A stretch of 64,000 bases of DNA from Squalus acanthias (lineage: Eukaryota): NCBI GenBank assembly GCA_030390025.1, contig CM059430.1, positions 67,456,001 to 67,520,000 on the forward strand, in the 5' to 3' direction. This document shows positions 39,038 to 52,804 of this stretch, piece after piece. Each line of letters begins with the position of its first letter. The stretch's first letter is position 1. The notes beneath the pieces are model-generated. The model was given only the letters and a program-made list of their open reading frames with translations, was not told where the DNA came from and made no database searches. The position numbers and the translations under genes were made by a program.

Positions 39038-39170
39038 ACAATGTGGCAGATGCTGGTGTCTGTATGGAAAACAAAAAACTTTTTTTCCTGGAAATCACAG
39101 CAGGACCGGCCGCATCTGTGTAGAGAGAACAAGCCAACGATGACTCGAGTCTGGATGACTCTACGTCAGG
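39038..39170 (-). mobile_element. Second Penelope-derived short element with a degenerate hammerhead
   Basis: Homologous to 14779-14922; minus strand CTGACGT-A-GAGTC ATCCA GACTC-GAGT (core mutated). Confidence 0.6.
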
Positions 39171-39906
39171 TGGGGTTACATGTAGCGTGACATGAACCCA
39201 AGATCCCGGTTGAGGCCGGCCTCATTGGTGCGGAACTTGGCTATCAGTTTCTGCTCAACGATTTTGCCTTGTCGTGTGTCTCGAAGGCCGCCTTGGAGAA
39301 CGCTTACCCGAAGATTGGAAGCTGAATGTCCTTGACTGCTGAAGTGTTCCCCGACTGGGAGGGAACACTCCTGCCTGGCGATTGTTGTGCGGTGTCCGTT
39401 CATACATTGTCGTAGTGTCTGCATGGTCTCACCAATGTACCATCCTTTCCTGCAACGTATGAGGTAGACAACATTGGCCGAGTCACATGAGTATGTACCA
39501 TGTACCTGGTGGGTGGTGTCCTCACGTGTGATGATGGTGTCTGTGTTGATGATCTGGCATGTCTTGCAGAGGTTGCCGTGGCAGGGGTGTGTGGTGTTGT
39601 GGTCGCTGTTCTCCTGAAATCTGGGTAATCTGCTGCGAACGATGTTCTGTTTGAGGTTAGGCGGCTATTTGAAGGCGAGTAGTGGGGGGCGTGGGGATGG
39701 CCTTAGCGAGGTGTTCGTCGTCATCGATGACATGTTGAAGGCTGTGAAGAACATGACGTAGTTTCTCCGCTCCGGGGAAGTACTGGATGACGTAGGGTAC
39801 TCCGTTGGTTGTGTCCCGTGTTTGTATTCTGAGGAGGTCTATGCGATTTTTCGCTGTGGCCCGTCGGAACTGTCGATCTTCTGTTCTTCTTAATGACACA
39901 TATAAT

Positions 39907-40603
39907 GGCTTGGATTTTGAGTTAAGAATAGTGGGTCGGCTATCACTATTATTATGGAGTAAATCTGACAGGAACTTTCGGAATCGACACATGTGCATTT
40001 AAATGTGGAAATCCGGAAGTTGCTTTTTGGTTTGCCCTGCTCCTCCACAAGCTGCGCTATACAGGTCCCTTGGGATAGACTCAGCCTTGAAATCCATGTA
40101 ATGGGGTGAAGTTGCTGTACTTACCCACTAGTTAACCACTAAAAACGCCAGAAAAAATAGGGCTATGCATTCAGGTATACGGGAATTTTTAACGACGTGA
40201 TAAGTCTTAATTACTGTCAAACAACGTGTCTGGCATGAAAAATGTATAACAATTACAATTTAATTTTTACTTTTATTCCTGTCTCTGGTTTCTCTCTTCA
40301 ATACTCCCATCTTTCTTTCCATCTCTTTATTTTGCTTTCTGTACATAATTTTATAATGAATTTAGTATTCTAATTTGTATTTAATGGTTCAGAATCTGGG
40401 AGGATCCTTCAATCTGGTTGGTTGAAGAGTCTCGCTTTTTTCCGCCTCATACATGCCACAGATCCCCTGTAGAGGACCAAGTGCTAGAAAAGATTTCTAA
40501 GAAATGCATATTACGATCAAAAGCTCACGGAAAGTCTGTGGGCAATTATAAGCGTAATGATAGGTGAGCACCGTTTCTTCGCCGCTGACCGGTAATCCGG
40601 GAC
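39907..40603. mobile_element. Harbinger-type MITE, TSD AAT
   Basis: Ends GGCTTGGATTTT and TAATCCGGGAC; AAT on both sides; homologous to 22911-23672. Confidence 0.65.
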
Positions 40604-42079
40604 AATATTTTATAAAGAATTTGAAAGTCTCATAAACAATTATCAACGGACAACCCGAAAAAGAGGTAACAATGGCGACACCCCTAAAGTCGGGGGCTGG
40701 TGCCGAGAGCCAAAAACAAGCTACTGCTGGTGAAACCCTTAAAACGTTTACTGATGGAGAAAACAGGAGATCGGCATATTGATCTGGTGCATCTGTGCAA
40801 ATAAGCAGAATTATGGAATTACTGACACTCGTTACTCGACCAGTTTTTGTTGTTTAAGTTCATTCTCCTCGGAGGAGGAACCTCTACGTTCAGAATACTG
40901 CTGGGAATCATCTTATCACTCTTTGGGTCAACGGAAAACTCTCGCAGTTCTCAACATCTGCTTTACGGTTATGTTCACCTTCGAGTTCAATAAATATTTT
41001 ACACGTATTTACCAATCACCTTCGTCAGTTTGCTGAACACTTGTTAACTTGTCACCTTCATATTTAAAGGTCTGCAGTCTTCAAATTAAAAGGCCACTCA
41101 TGATTTTATCCTACAGTTGCAGCTGTTAAACTTTCAGCTCGTTAGACTTCCCGACACACTTACCTGGCGTGATCTCTGAAAAATAGAGGCTGTGAAATTA
41201 AAATACACGCAGCCAACTGAGGAAAGGGCTAGATAGTGAGCAGAGGAATAAATAATGAACAGAGAGCTAAGAAAAGGTGCAGATGGATTTCTTTTGCAGA
41301 TGGCGGGATGTGAGTAGTTGTCTGTCGCATGCTCTTTATAAGAAATCTAAGCTTTCTGCTTTCACATGAATCGTTCGGACATAGTTGCAGGATAGTTTGT
41401 AATACAATAGGGTAACAGCTAGACACAGGTGAAAGGTTATAATGGGATAGATATCATAGAGCTCTGCAGAAAAGTAGGAAGTGTAATAACCGCATTCATA
41501 CATTAGGCATGAATCAGTGAAAATTAAAGAAAATCTGTTGAGAAAGAACGTGGAAAATTGATTAAAATACAGAAGCCCGTCTTAATACCTTTGCATTATG
41601 AAACTTTATTCTGTGTGATAGACGCTAAGACATAGTTTAGATCAAATCGTTAGGATTCTGCAGACCAAAACTTATTAATCAGGATATATTGTCAGTATAA
41701 AGCAATTTAAGAAGCATCAAAAGGTCCGTGTAACGAATTATGGCTAGTTTCGAGTCAACATTGCGGGTTTATAGTATTCTGGAAAGTTGTGATGTTTATA
41801 ATCTGCAAAATCGTCTTACATTTCATGGATGAGAAATGAAACATTCCCCACATACTAATGAGAATGGCGTATATGTAGTACAACATTCCCATCTATTTGT
41901 GTAACAGCAAATAATACATGCGGATCACATGACAATAATCTCAGAATTGAAAAGTTCAGAGCAAGCCACCCGACATTTTTTATTAACTCTTTCTCTGACT
42001 GTATAAAATAGATCACGTCAGTAATTCTTTGAAAGTCTTTGCTGAGAAATCGCCTGCAATGGATAGCCATTCGTGTACA

Positions 42080-42690
42080 GGGGTTGGATTTTCCGGGGGG
42101 TCAGCCGGCGTGATGGTTGACAGGTCGGGTGAGAAACTGTTTACAGAGACATGTTTGCAGGGTACCCAAAGCTGGGAACTGAATAATACAGGGTACTCAA
42201 CATTTATGAAGAACAGACAAAAAGGAAAAAGAGGTAGCGCTGTTTTTTTGCCCTGCGGATCGGGACCCAGCTGTCAATCTGCGCCACGCGTCTTTAACAA
42301 ATGTCGGGTCTGTCAGCGCTGAACAGACCCGAAATGCAAGGGCGGGGGCGGCAATTCAGATCCTTATTATCGTGTTACTTGAAGATTAAGAACAAATTTG
42401 AGCTCACCTTTAGAATTTAACAACTGGCCCACGGGGTCCACGCTCGTGGATCAGATCTGTTAAACTAGGCGGGAACCGAAAGGCCATGGAATCATTTCAT
42501 TACTTGACAGCTTGAAATGTGCTATAAAAGTTCCCACCTCACAGCTGTTCACGTTCCAAGCTCAGAAGCTGTTGCTTACTGCATTTGGAAAACAGATTGA
42601 GCTTTATGCCGCTTGCAAGTGTTTGGAGAAAACACTTTATCCAGTGTCACCATATTGGAACAACCTCTCTCACATTTGACCAACCAAAAA
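42080..42690. mobile_element. Truncated Harbinger end containing a CR1 endonuclease fragment (about 42140-42240)
   Basis: Starts GGGGTTGGATTTT; 42300-42690 is highly similar to 45370-45745. Confidence 0.6.
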
Positions 42691-42871
42691 CAAGAAAATA
42701 CTCTAGTTCTTGGAAGATCAAAATATTCCATCAAGTCTCCGTTATTTTTATAATGGAAGTTGATATTTTTGTAATGGTTTGGTCAATGTTATCAATAGGA
42801 ACATTGCGTGCACCGCATTGCGAGTGCGATCCACTGTCTTTTGAATTGTGACTTAAAAGTGCTCTTTATTA

Positions 42872-44825
42872 ATCATAGAAACATAGAAGATAGGAGCATG
42901 AGCAGGCCATTCAGCTCCTCGATCCTGCTCTGCCATTCAATGAGATCATGGCTGATCATCCAAATTCAGCACCCTGCCCCTGCCTTCTCTCCATATCCCT
43001 TGATCCCTTTAGCTTTAAGAAATATATCTAACTCCTTCTTGAATATATTTAATGATTTGGCCAATACTGCCTCTGTGGTAGAGAATTCCACAGGTTTACC
43101 ACTCTCTGGGTGAAGAAATTCCTCCTCATCTAAGTCGTAAATGGCTTACCCCTTATCCTTAGACTGTAACCCCTGGTTCTGGACTCCCCGGCTATCGGGG
43201 ACATCCTTCCTGCATCTAGTCTGTCTAGTCCTGATAGAATTTTATAAGTTGCAATGAGATCCCCTCTCATTCTTCTAAACTCCAGCGAGTATAAGCCCAA
43301 TCGACCCAATCTCTCCTCATACGTCATTCCTGCCATCCCAGGTATCAGCCTGGTGAATGTCCGCTGCACTCCCTCCATGGCAAGAACATCCTTCCTCAGA
43401 TAAGGCGACCAAAACTGCACACAATACTCAAGATGTGGTCCCACCAAGGCCCTGTACAACTGCAGCAAGACATCCTTGTTCCTGTACTCGAACCCTTTCG
43501 CTATGAAGGCCAATATACCATTTACCTTCTTAACCATCTGCTGCACCTGCATGCTTACCTTCAGCGACTGGTGCACAAGGACACCCAGGTCTCGTTGCAC
43601 TTCCCCTTCTCCCAATCTATTGCCATTCAGATAATAATCTGCCTTCCTGTTTTTGACACCAAAGTGGATAACCTCGCATTTATCCACATTATATTGCATC
43701 TGCCATGCTTCTGCCCAATCATCCAAACTGTCCAATTCATATTGGAGTTTCTTGGCATCCTCCTCACGGCTCACACTCCCACCCAGCTTTGTGTTGTCTG
43801 CAACCTTGGAGATATTACATCCAATTCCCACGTCTAGATCATTAATATATATTGTAAATAGCTGGGGTCCGAGGACTGTTCCCTGCGGTACCCCACTAGT
43901 CACTGCCTGCCACTCGGAAAAAGACCCATTTATACCACAATTTGCTTCCTGTCTGCCAACCAGTTCTCTATCCAAGTCAATACCTTGCCCTCAATCCCAT
44001 GTGCCTTAACTTTACACCCTAATCTCTTATGCGGGACCTTATCGAAAGCCTTCTGAAAGTCCAAATACACCACATCCACTGGTTCTCCCTTATCTATTTT
44101 ACCAGTTACATCCTCAAAAAATTCCAGTAGATCAGTCAAGCACGATTTACCTTTTGTAAATCCATGTTGACTTTGTCCGATCCTGTCACTGTTTTCCAAG
44201 TGCTCTGCTATTACATCTTTTATAATGGACTCTAGCATTTCCCCCACTACCGATGCCAGGCTTACCGGTCTATAAATCCCCGTTTTCTCTCTACCACCTT
44301 TTTTGAATAGTGGGGTAACATTAGCTACCCTCCAATCCATGGGTACTTTTCCAGAGTCTATAGAATTTTGGAAGATGACCAGCAATGCATCTACTATTTT
44401 TAGAAGTCGCACAACTCCAGGTTATAATCCAACAGCTTTATTTGAAATCTCAAGGTTTCGGAGCGCTGCTCCTTCATTTCAAATAAAGCTTTTGTACTAT
44501 AACCTGGTGTTGTGCGACTTCTCACTTTTGTCCACCCCAGTCCAACACCGGCATCTGCACATCCTGGCTACTATTTTAAGGGCCACTTCCTTAAGTACCC
44601 TAGAATGTAGATTATCAGGCCCTGAGGATTTATCGGCCTTCAATCCCGTCAATTTTCCTACCACTATTTCCCTACAAATACTGATTTCTTTCAGTTCCTC
44701 CCTCTCATTAGACCCTATGTTCCCCGACATCTCTGGGAGGTTATCTGTGTCCTCCTTTGTGAAGACAGAACCAAAGTATGTATTTGATTGTTCTGCTATT
44801 TCTTTGTTCCCCATTATAAATTCCT
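42872..44825 (-). mobile_element. CR1 ORF2 RT region plus 3' UTR (same subfamily as 1-953)
   Basis: ORFs 43130-43975, 43930-44412 and 44497-44877 carry standard CR1 RT motifs. Confidence 0.95.
44401..44567. mobile_element. Fold-back Penelope terminal-repeat insertion with 10-bp TSD
   Basis: CTACTATTTT at 44391-44400 and 44568-44577; inverted arms 44402-44448 and 44476-44522; homologous to 38742-38860. Confidence 0.85.
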
Positions 44826-45296
44826 CTGATTTTAAGAGATGAGCGCCTTTAATCAGAGTGTAACATATTACAATCATGCGGCATGAGTTGAAATGCGATT
44901 ATAGCTTACTTCAAAGTTTCGAATGAAGTTCATATTCTGAAAAATGTATATAATTAGTGCACTACAAGTTAATCTCGTCAAGTATTTATCGGAAAACGTC
45001 AACAATTCTGCCATATTAGACAAATGAAATGATTATCTTATTGCGATTTTTTGCTGAGCTCAGCGAGGCTTGTCAGCTATTGTAGTAAACTGAAGCTGGT
45101 GATGTATCTTGCTTGCAATCACAGTCATGAGTTCAACAAAACACATTCGAATTATAATAATTATTACAATTCGCCAACAATGGGACCTTATCTTTGAGAA
45201 GCAAAATGTATTTTTTTACTTTCAGCGATATTGTAAACAGACGGTTTCGATGGGCAGCCCATTGTAATCCCCGCCCGATTTTATTTCCCATTTAAA

Positions 45297-47009
45297 GGGA
45301 GATTGTTTCGAAGGTCAGCGGACACGTTCGGTGGCGGGTCGGGTGGGATTTTTTTTTGAGTTTCCCAGATGTTGGGTCTGTGAGGACTGAACAGACCAAA
45401 CTCGCAGCGACGGGGGAGGCAATTCAGTTTATTATGACCTTGATAACAGCCCATCAAAAAGTATTTTGAGCTTACCGTAGCATTTTACCAGGGTGCCCAC
45501 GGGGTCCACGCTGCTCGGGAATCATGTCAGGTAAAGAGCTCGGGCAATGTATGACCATGGAATCATTTCATTACTTGACAGCTTGAAATGTGGCATCAAA
45601 GCTCCCATCCCACAGCTGCTCGCTTTCTAACGCAGAAGCTGTTGCTTACTGCATTTGGAAGACAGATTGAGATTTATGCAGCTTGCAAGTGGTTGGAGCA
45701 AACTCCAATGTCACCTCATTGGAAACATCTCTCTCACCATTGACAGATTGCATACGCCATCTCAAGTTCACTTGCCATGCATTGCACCAGCATCGGTGCC
45801 CTTGAAACTATCTGACGTTCGCCCTAAGAATGCCACCACGATCAGCCCCAACACCAGAATCACCAGGCACACCAGCAGCACCAACAATAACACCACACTT
45901 CTCCTCAATCAACTGATAATGCACAGGACGCAGGGCATCAGCACCCAAGCACATTGCTGCCCAGGAGACCAGGGATGGCCTCACCCTGGCCAGATTTACT
46001 TCATTTGAAGCTGTACACCGTGGCTGCCACATGATACACCAGGTTGGCAGCACCCCAGGCCAACACGAGAAAGCATCCCTACAATGCCCAAGCCATTCCT
46101 TTCACACTCATGGCCATTGCGGTGTCTCACCATTCATGGCAACTCACAAAACCACTTCCAAAGGTGCACACAGATCTGTCCAAGAAGGCAAAGTGTTCAA
46201 AATAAAGTTTTCAATGTTTGACACCACATTAACAGAAATTTTACATGCACTTTGCATAAAAACCCCAAGTGTATACCCTTGTGTGTTGTTATTTGGAATG
46301 ATTGGACTAGTATGAGGGTGAGTGTGGAGGTGGCGAGTGAGATAAGGAAGTGATAATGTAGATAGAGAGGGATTGGTGGAGGTGCAAGGTAAGCTGGTAT
46401 GAGTAAGCATGTGCCGGAGTAGGGTAGGAAAGGCAGAGTGATGGGAATGTGTTGAGTGGCACAGCAGGATGAGGTTGTGAGTGGCTTTGCAGTAACATTT
46501 CGTGATCTACTGAGATCAAGGAAAGGTTTTCACCACTGCAGCCTGGTACACCTGACGACATCCCTGCTGTGTCGTCCTGTACAATGTGGAACCGGGTACG
46601 TTGGTCTCCTGCGGAGGACACTTCCGCCCATAGGAAGGGAAGAGGATCTCCTTGCGTGCTGTGATTTCCTCCATAAGCAGATGGAGGGAGTCATGGGAGA
46701 GGCTTGCTGCAGCCGTGGATCTCTGTGCAGTGCTTGTTAGTGTTTGCAGCATCTCAATGCTGTAGAACACTGACAGCACAACTGTCAAAATAAATTTGCG
46801 CATGGTAGCTTTAAGGAAACCGGCTAATGACGGTCATCAAATGACGTTATCATTCCCACTTCCTTCAATTGGCCGGCAAACTAGCTGGGCGGGCTAAACA
46901 AGCTCAATCAACGTAAAATCATTCTGCACAGCGGAATCAGCAGCGGATGTCAGGACCCGCCATCGACCTCGCCCGCCACGAACCCGCCGATGTTGGGGAA
47001 ATCGCGGCC
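45297..47009. mobile_element. Internally deleted Harbinger element with Myb/SANT exon remnant (minus strand, about 46500-46740)
   Basis: SHDSLHLLMEEITARKEILFP resembles TERALDALVGAVERRRCILFP; degenerate TIRs; flanked by two halves of a palindromic MITE. Confidence 0.65.
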
Positions 47010-47209
47010 TAAGTAACTGGAAAGGAAACTCGGGTGGGGTGTGTAATGACTGGCTCATCCGAAATCGCCTGTTTTACATTATAGGTAAAATTACCAGCTG
47101 TCGAGGTTACAGTAATTTCTGAAAAGCTTAAGAAGACACATTCCATCACATAAAATAACTAATAATTAATTGGGTATATGTATTATATAAACATGCCACA
47201 ATTGTAATT

Positions 47210-47696
47210 GGGGTACGGTCGCATAGTGTTTATTTTACTGGACTAGTAATTCAAAGGAATTGAATAAAAGTCCGGAGATGTGCGTTCAAATCCCACCATG
47301 GCAGCTGGGCGAATTGAAATTTAGTTAACATTCAGTTAATGTAAAACCTAGTATCAGTAAAGGTGGCCATAAAACTACAGGATTATCGTAAAAACCCATC
47401 TGGTTCACTAATGTCCTTTGCAGCAGGAAATATGCCATCCTTACCCGGTCTGTCCTATATGTGACTCCAGACCCACAGCAATGTGGTAGACTCTTAACTA
47501 CCCTCTGAAATGGCCTAGCAAGCAACAAAGTTATACCAAACCAGTACAACAAAGTCAGCACCGTGTGAGTAACTTCACCACAATGACTGGAGTGATTCAA
47601 GAAGGCGGCTCACCAACACCTCCTCAAGGGTAATTAGGCATTGAAAATAAATGCTGGCCTTGCCAGCGACACTCACATCCCAGGAATGAAAAATAA
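47210..47696 (+). mobile_element. tRNA-headed SINE with LINE family B 3' tail
   Basis: Degenerate A box, B box GTTCAAATCC near 47284; ends aataaatgctggccttgccagcgacactcacatccc. Confidence 0.8.
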
Positions 47697-47821
47697 AGTT
47701 GTTGCGCCAATAATATTAACAAACGATCACACTTAGCCTGCCTTACATCAATATGGGTCATATATTAGACCTGAGCAGTAGCTCAAAAATAAGTGATTTG
47801 TCTCCAACAGCCCGTTTTGCA

Positions 47822-48430
47822 CTCATAAGATCATAAGAAATAGGAGCAGGAGTAGGCCATTTCGCAATTGAAGTACGCTCCATCATCAATAAGATCATGG
47901 TTGATCTTCTAACTCATCTCCACTTTCCTGAACGAACCCCATATCCCTTTAATATTCAAAAATCTATCGATCTCTGTCTTGAATATACCCAACGATTGAG
48001 CCTCCACCGCCTTCTCGGGTAGAGAATTCCAATAATTCACCATCCTCTGAGTGAAGAAATTTCTCCTCATCTCAGTCCTAAATTGCCAACCCCTTATTCT
48101 GAGACCGTGACCCCTGGTTCTGGACTCCCCAGCCAGGGGATACATTCTCCCAGCATCTAAACTGTCAAGCCTTGTAAGAATTTTGTATGTTTCAATGAGA
48201 TCACCTCTCATTCTGCTAAACTCTAGAGAATATAGGCCTAGTCTACTCAATCTGTCAACAAACGACAATCCTCCCATTCCAGGAACCAGTCTGGTGAACC
48301 TCCGTTGCACTCTCTTATGGCAAGTATATCCTTCTTTAAGTAATGGGACCAAAACTGTACACAGTACTCCAGGTGTGGTCTCACCAGGGCCCTATATAAT
48401 TGCAGTAAGACTTATTTACTCTTATGCTCA
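47822..48430 (-). mobile_element. CR1 3' end
   Basis: [12 protein letters not shown]...LYSLEFSRMRGDLIETYKIL. Confidence 0.92.
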
Positions 48431-49239
48431 AATTACACAGAATCATGTTGCAGATGTGCAATTAAACACACATTCTCTAAAGAAAGTTTTGCATTAGTTA
48501 CGTTTCCGACATAACTCTGTTTTTAACACAGCACGCCTACCAACAGAAGTAATTGGATTACATGGCCGAACAATATATCATTACCAGCGAAAAGAGATCT
48601 CAGTTTTAATAATACGTTGCTTTCCGCATGACCCCAGAAGCTTGCATAGAGCGAATATATCTGTAATCAATCACAGAGATTGATTCCATTCAAAATATTT
48701 CCTGATTCCTCATTCTCAGCTAAAATTGGACACATCTGGTTAAGAAATTGCTGTTTTGTTCCAACCAGTACAACTCCACCACCATAAATCAGTCCGCCTC
48801 CCAACACTTAATTCATCTGTGAAACGAAATTGAAATGAATACGTTTTGTATCGTTGATGATCCTTACATTTCGTGATTACGTTTACAGGTCGTCATTTTG
48901 CACCACCAAGAAAATGCTGCTGTGGCTATATGATAAAATTGCACGTGTTCCATTTGAAACTCTTCATTTATTTCGATCCAGTTTGATAAGATTATTCTGT
49001 AATCATAGTTTGAACTTTTATATTGTGCAGTCTTAATCAATTCCGATCATTCGACACATATAGTTTCAATCATTCACACTCCTTCTCTCTATGTTAATGT
49101 CCAGACCTCTCCCTCTCCTCATCTCATTCTACAAGTCACCAAAATTGCTCTTTGTCCGTAATTCGCCCTCATGCATTCCCTCTTTCTCTGGAACTCCATT
49201 TACTTCTTGAATTCCACTTCTCTAAGGTAACTAAAGGAT

Positions 49240-50270
49240 GAGCAAGAGAAACTCACAGGCAATGACAGAGAAAAGACAGAAGTATCGAATAACTGTGTCC
49301 CCTCAGTTTTTACTAAAGGTGCTTATAAAATGGACACTTCGCTGGAATATGGGGATTAAAAGAATATTAACACGTTTGGGATAGAAAGAAAATAATTGAC
49401 AAACTAGCAGAACTAAAAGAGGATAAACCCCCGTTCCGGATGGTATGCAACCACGCAGATTCAAAGAAACTAGGGAGGAGATAGCAGAGGCACTAGTTTT
49501 TATATCTATATATATATATATATATATACACAAGTTCCATAGTAGGGAGGATAGTGCCAGAGAACAGGCAGACAGCTAATTTTTTTCCTATATATAAAAA
49601 GGGAGATATAACAAAACCTGGGAATTATAGACCAGTCAGCTTGACGTGAGTGGTACGAAAGATACTGGAAGCTTTATTAAAAGGAGTAATAGAAGAGCAT
49701 CTAGAGACAGAAAAGACAATTAAAATAATCTGCATGCATTACGAAAGGCTAAGCCATGCTTGGCTAAACTGATAGAATTCTTTAAAGAATAACGGAGGAT
49801 GAAGACAAGGGTAATATCATAGCTGTAATATACTTGGGTGTTCAAAAGGCCTTCGTTAAGGGACACAGGGTTGGTTCATGACAAAGGTTAGGGCATGTGG
49901 ATTCAGGGGAACAAAAAGCTGAATAGATAACAAATTGGCTAAAAAGTAGAAAGCAGTGAGTAGGGTTAAAAGGTCATTATACAGATTGGAGGAATGTAGA
50001 ACGCGGCTTACCACAAGCATCAGTGCTGGAACCGCTGTTATTCATAATTTACATTATTGATTAGGACTTAGGAACAAGTAACTGAATTCAACATTTGCAG
50101 AAGATACCATCTGAGCAGTAGAGCTAACACCGAGGAACAAGGCAATCTGATACAACAGGACATTACAATAATTGCAGACTGGGCAGTTAAGTGTCAAATT
50201 AACTTTAACACAGATAAATGTGAGGTGATGCACTTTGGTAGGAAAAATAGAAACATCACTTAGAGATTAA
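49240..50270 (+). mobile_element. Degenerate CR1 RT fragment containing (TA)n at about 49501-49530
   Basis: NYRPVSLT, PQASVL and DKCEVMHFGRKN remnants. Confidence 0.8.
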
Positions 50271-50284
50271 CAAAATAACAAACT

Positions 50285-51943
50285 GAAACATAGAATCATA
50301 GCAATGTACTACACAGAAGCAGGCAACTCGGCTCACCGTGTCTGCGCTGGTCGAAAAATAACTATTCAGCCTAATCCCACGTTGAAGCTCTTGCCCCGTA
50401 ACCTTGCCGGTTACGGCACTTCAAGTGCACAGCCAAGTGTGTTTCAAATGTGATGAAGGTGTCTGCCTTTACCAACCTTTAGGCAGTTCGTTTCAGGCCC
50501 CCCACCTTCCTCTGGGAAAAAAAATTCTCCTCAACTCCCCTCTAATCCTTCTAATAATTACGTAAATCTACGCCCCCTGTTAATTGACCTCTTGCTAAGG
50601 GAAGCAGATCCTCCATATTCACTATATCTTGGCCCCTCATAATTAAATACACCTCAATTAAGTCTCCCCTCAACCTTCTCTGTTCCAAAGAAACCAAGCC
50701 CAGCCTATCCAATCTTTCCTCATAGCTAAAATTCTCCAGTCCTGACAACATCTTTGTAAATTGTCTTGGTACCCTCTCTAATGCAATCACATCTTCCCTG
50801 TAATTTGGTGACCAGAACTGTACGTAGTAATATTTCTGTTGTCTAACTAGTGTTTTATACAGCTCTAGCATAAGCTCTCTGCTCTTATATTCTATGCTTC
50901 GGATAATAAAGGAAAGTATCCGTATGCCTTCTTAAACAATTTATCTACCTGTCCTGCTACCTTCATGCATCTGTGGACCTGCACTCCAAGGTCCTTCTGA
51001 CCCTCTACATTTCTAGCTATCCTACCATTTATTGTGTATTCCCTTGCCTCGTTAGCTCTTCCAAATGAATTACCACACACTTCTCCGGATTGAATTCCAT
51101 TTGAAACATTTGTCATCAGTTCATTGATATCTTCCTGCAGTCTACAGCTATCTTTCTCACTATTAACCAGACGGTGAATATTTGTATCATCTGCAACCTT
51201 CTTAATCATGCCCCCTACATTGAAGTTAAATCATTGATACTCAGCACGAATAGCAGGGGACCTAGTACTGAGCCCCTTGGTACACGACGGGAAATAGCCT
51301 TCAGTTACAAAACCACCCATCGACCATTACCCTCAGTTTCCTGCTACTTAACCAATTTTGGACCCAATTTCGCACTTTCCCTTGGATCCCAAGGGCTTTT
51401 ACTTTTTTGACCAAGCTACCATGTGGGACCTTTTCAAAGGCCTTGCTAGTATCTATGTAGACAACATCAAACGCACAGCCCTCATCGACCTTCCCCAATA
51501 ATTCCTCAAAAAATACAAGCAAATTAGTCCATGCTGACTGTCCTTGATTAATCCGTGACTTTCTAAATGATGATTTATAGTTTAATGTTTTCCAATAATT
51601 TTCCCAACACCGAGGGTAGGCTGACTGGCCTGTAATCACTCGATCTATCCCTTTCTCCATTTTTAAACAATGGCACAACATTAGGAGTCTTCTAGTCATC
51701 TGTCACCACGCCTGTAGCCAGAGAGGATTAGAAAATGATCGTCAGAGCTTTTGCTATTTCCCCCCTTGCCGCTCGTAACAGCCTGGGACACATTTCATCC
51801 GGACCTGGCAATTTATATACATTAAAAGATGCTAAACCTCTTAACAATTCCTCTCTCTCTATGTTTATCCCAACTAATATTTCACACTCCTCCTCCGTAA
51901 CTACAATGTTTGCTTCATCCCACTCTTCTGTGACAGACACAAA
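50285..51943 (-). mobile_element. CR1 ORF2 fragment plus 3' UTR
   Basis: KAFEKVPH, KVADDT, LENFSYEERLDRLGL. Confidence 0.9.
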
Positions 51944-52787
51944 GGGCTCGATTTTGTCAATGGGGATGTGATGGAGGCGGGACTCTCACTTTTTGGGTTG
52001 TACTCCCGCCTCCATCGATTTGTGACCAGCCCACGCTACTTTCCCTTGATTGACCTTGTTAAGCCCGCCCAGCGGGCTCAGCAGGCCAATTAAGGGACAC
52101 CTGGATATCGGTGACGTCAGCGATTGACATTTCATCTGTCACGAGCTTTTGACAGATGAAATATCAGCGTTTGACAGCTCTGTGAAGCTGTCAAACAGTG
52201 ACAATCTGTCTTCTAACTTGAGTCCTTCAACTCAGACTCAGTTAGTGAGCTCTCCAGACCAGAAAGCAGAGGCTGCAGCTTTTGACAGCTCACGGCCATT
52301 CTGCTTTCTGTGTCGGTGAGCTGAGGGACTCCCGAGAACTGAAGGCAGGAAGCCTGCAGGAGAAAGTAAAGGTAAGTAAAACTTATGAAAACACTTTACA
52401 CACACCAAACACACTTACCTCTGCACTCATGCACCCATCACTCACCTGTACACCGGACATCTCGACCCCTCCAAGTCCTGCAGACTGATTGTCCGCCTCG
52501 CTAACTTGGCCGTGGTTTGGAACCATCGGGCAGCCCACACTTCAGGGCTAAAAATAGGGATTAACCAAAAAACTGCCTGTTAACTACCTTTTAACAGGCA
52601 GTTAATTGTCACTAATCCCCTTCCCGCCTCGGGGAGGCGGCTCCCAGCACAGGTCGGATACCCGCCGTCTGGGACATTGACATGGAGGCGGGTTGGGGGC
52701 GGGATGGGTGCGTGCCCCCCGAATCTGCAATTTCCCCACCCCTCCCACCTCCAAACCCACCTCTACGGGGCTTGGAAAATCGAGCCC
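51944..52787. mobile_element. Harbinger-type MITE (844 bp), perfect 12-bp TIR, TSD AAA
   Basis: GGGCTCGATTTT and AAAATCGAGCCC; AAA on both sides; removing it restores the CR1 sequence gacacAAAgtattc. Confidence 0.88.
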
Positions 52788-52804
52788 AAAGTATTCAGTA
52801 AGAA

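Larger units (their letters stand above)
38742..39880 (-). mobile_element. Penelope-like retroelement 3' part (GIY-YIG endonuclease remnant plus terminal repeat)
   Basis: CKTCQI...YSCDSANVVYLIRC...YIGETMQTLRQ.MNGH...EQKLIAKF....GLN; terminal repeat at 38742-38870. Confidence 0.88.

Noticed and set aside
47210-47300. tRNA gene
   Set aside because: Only a degenerate SINE head; no cloverleaf
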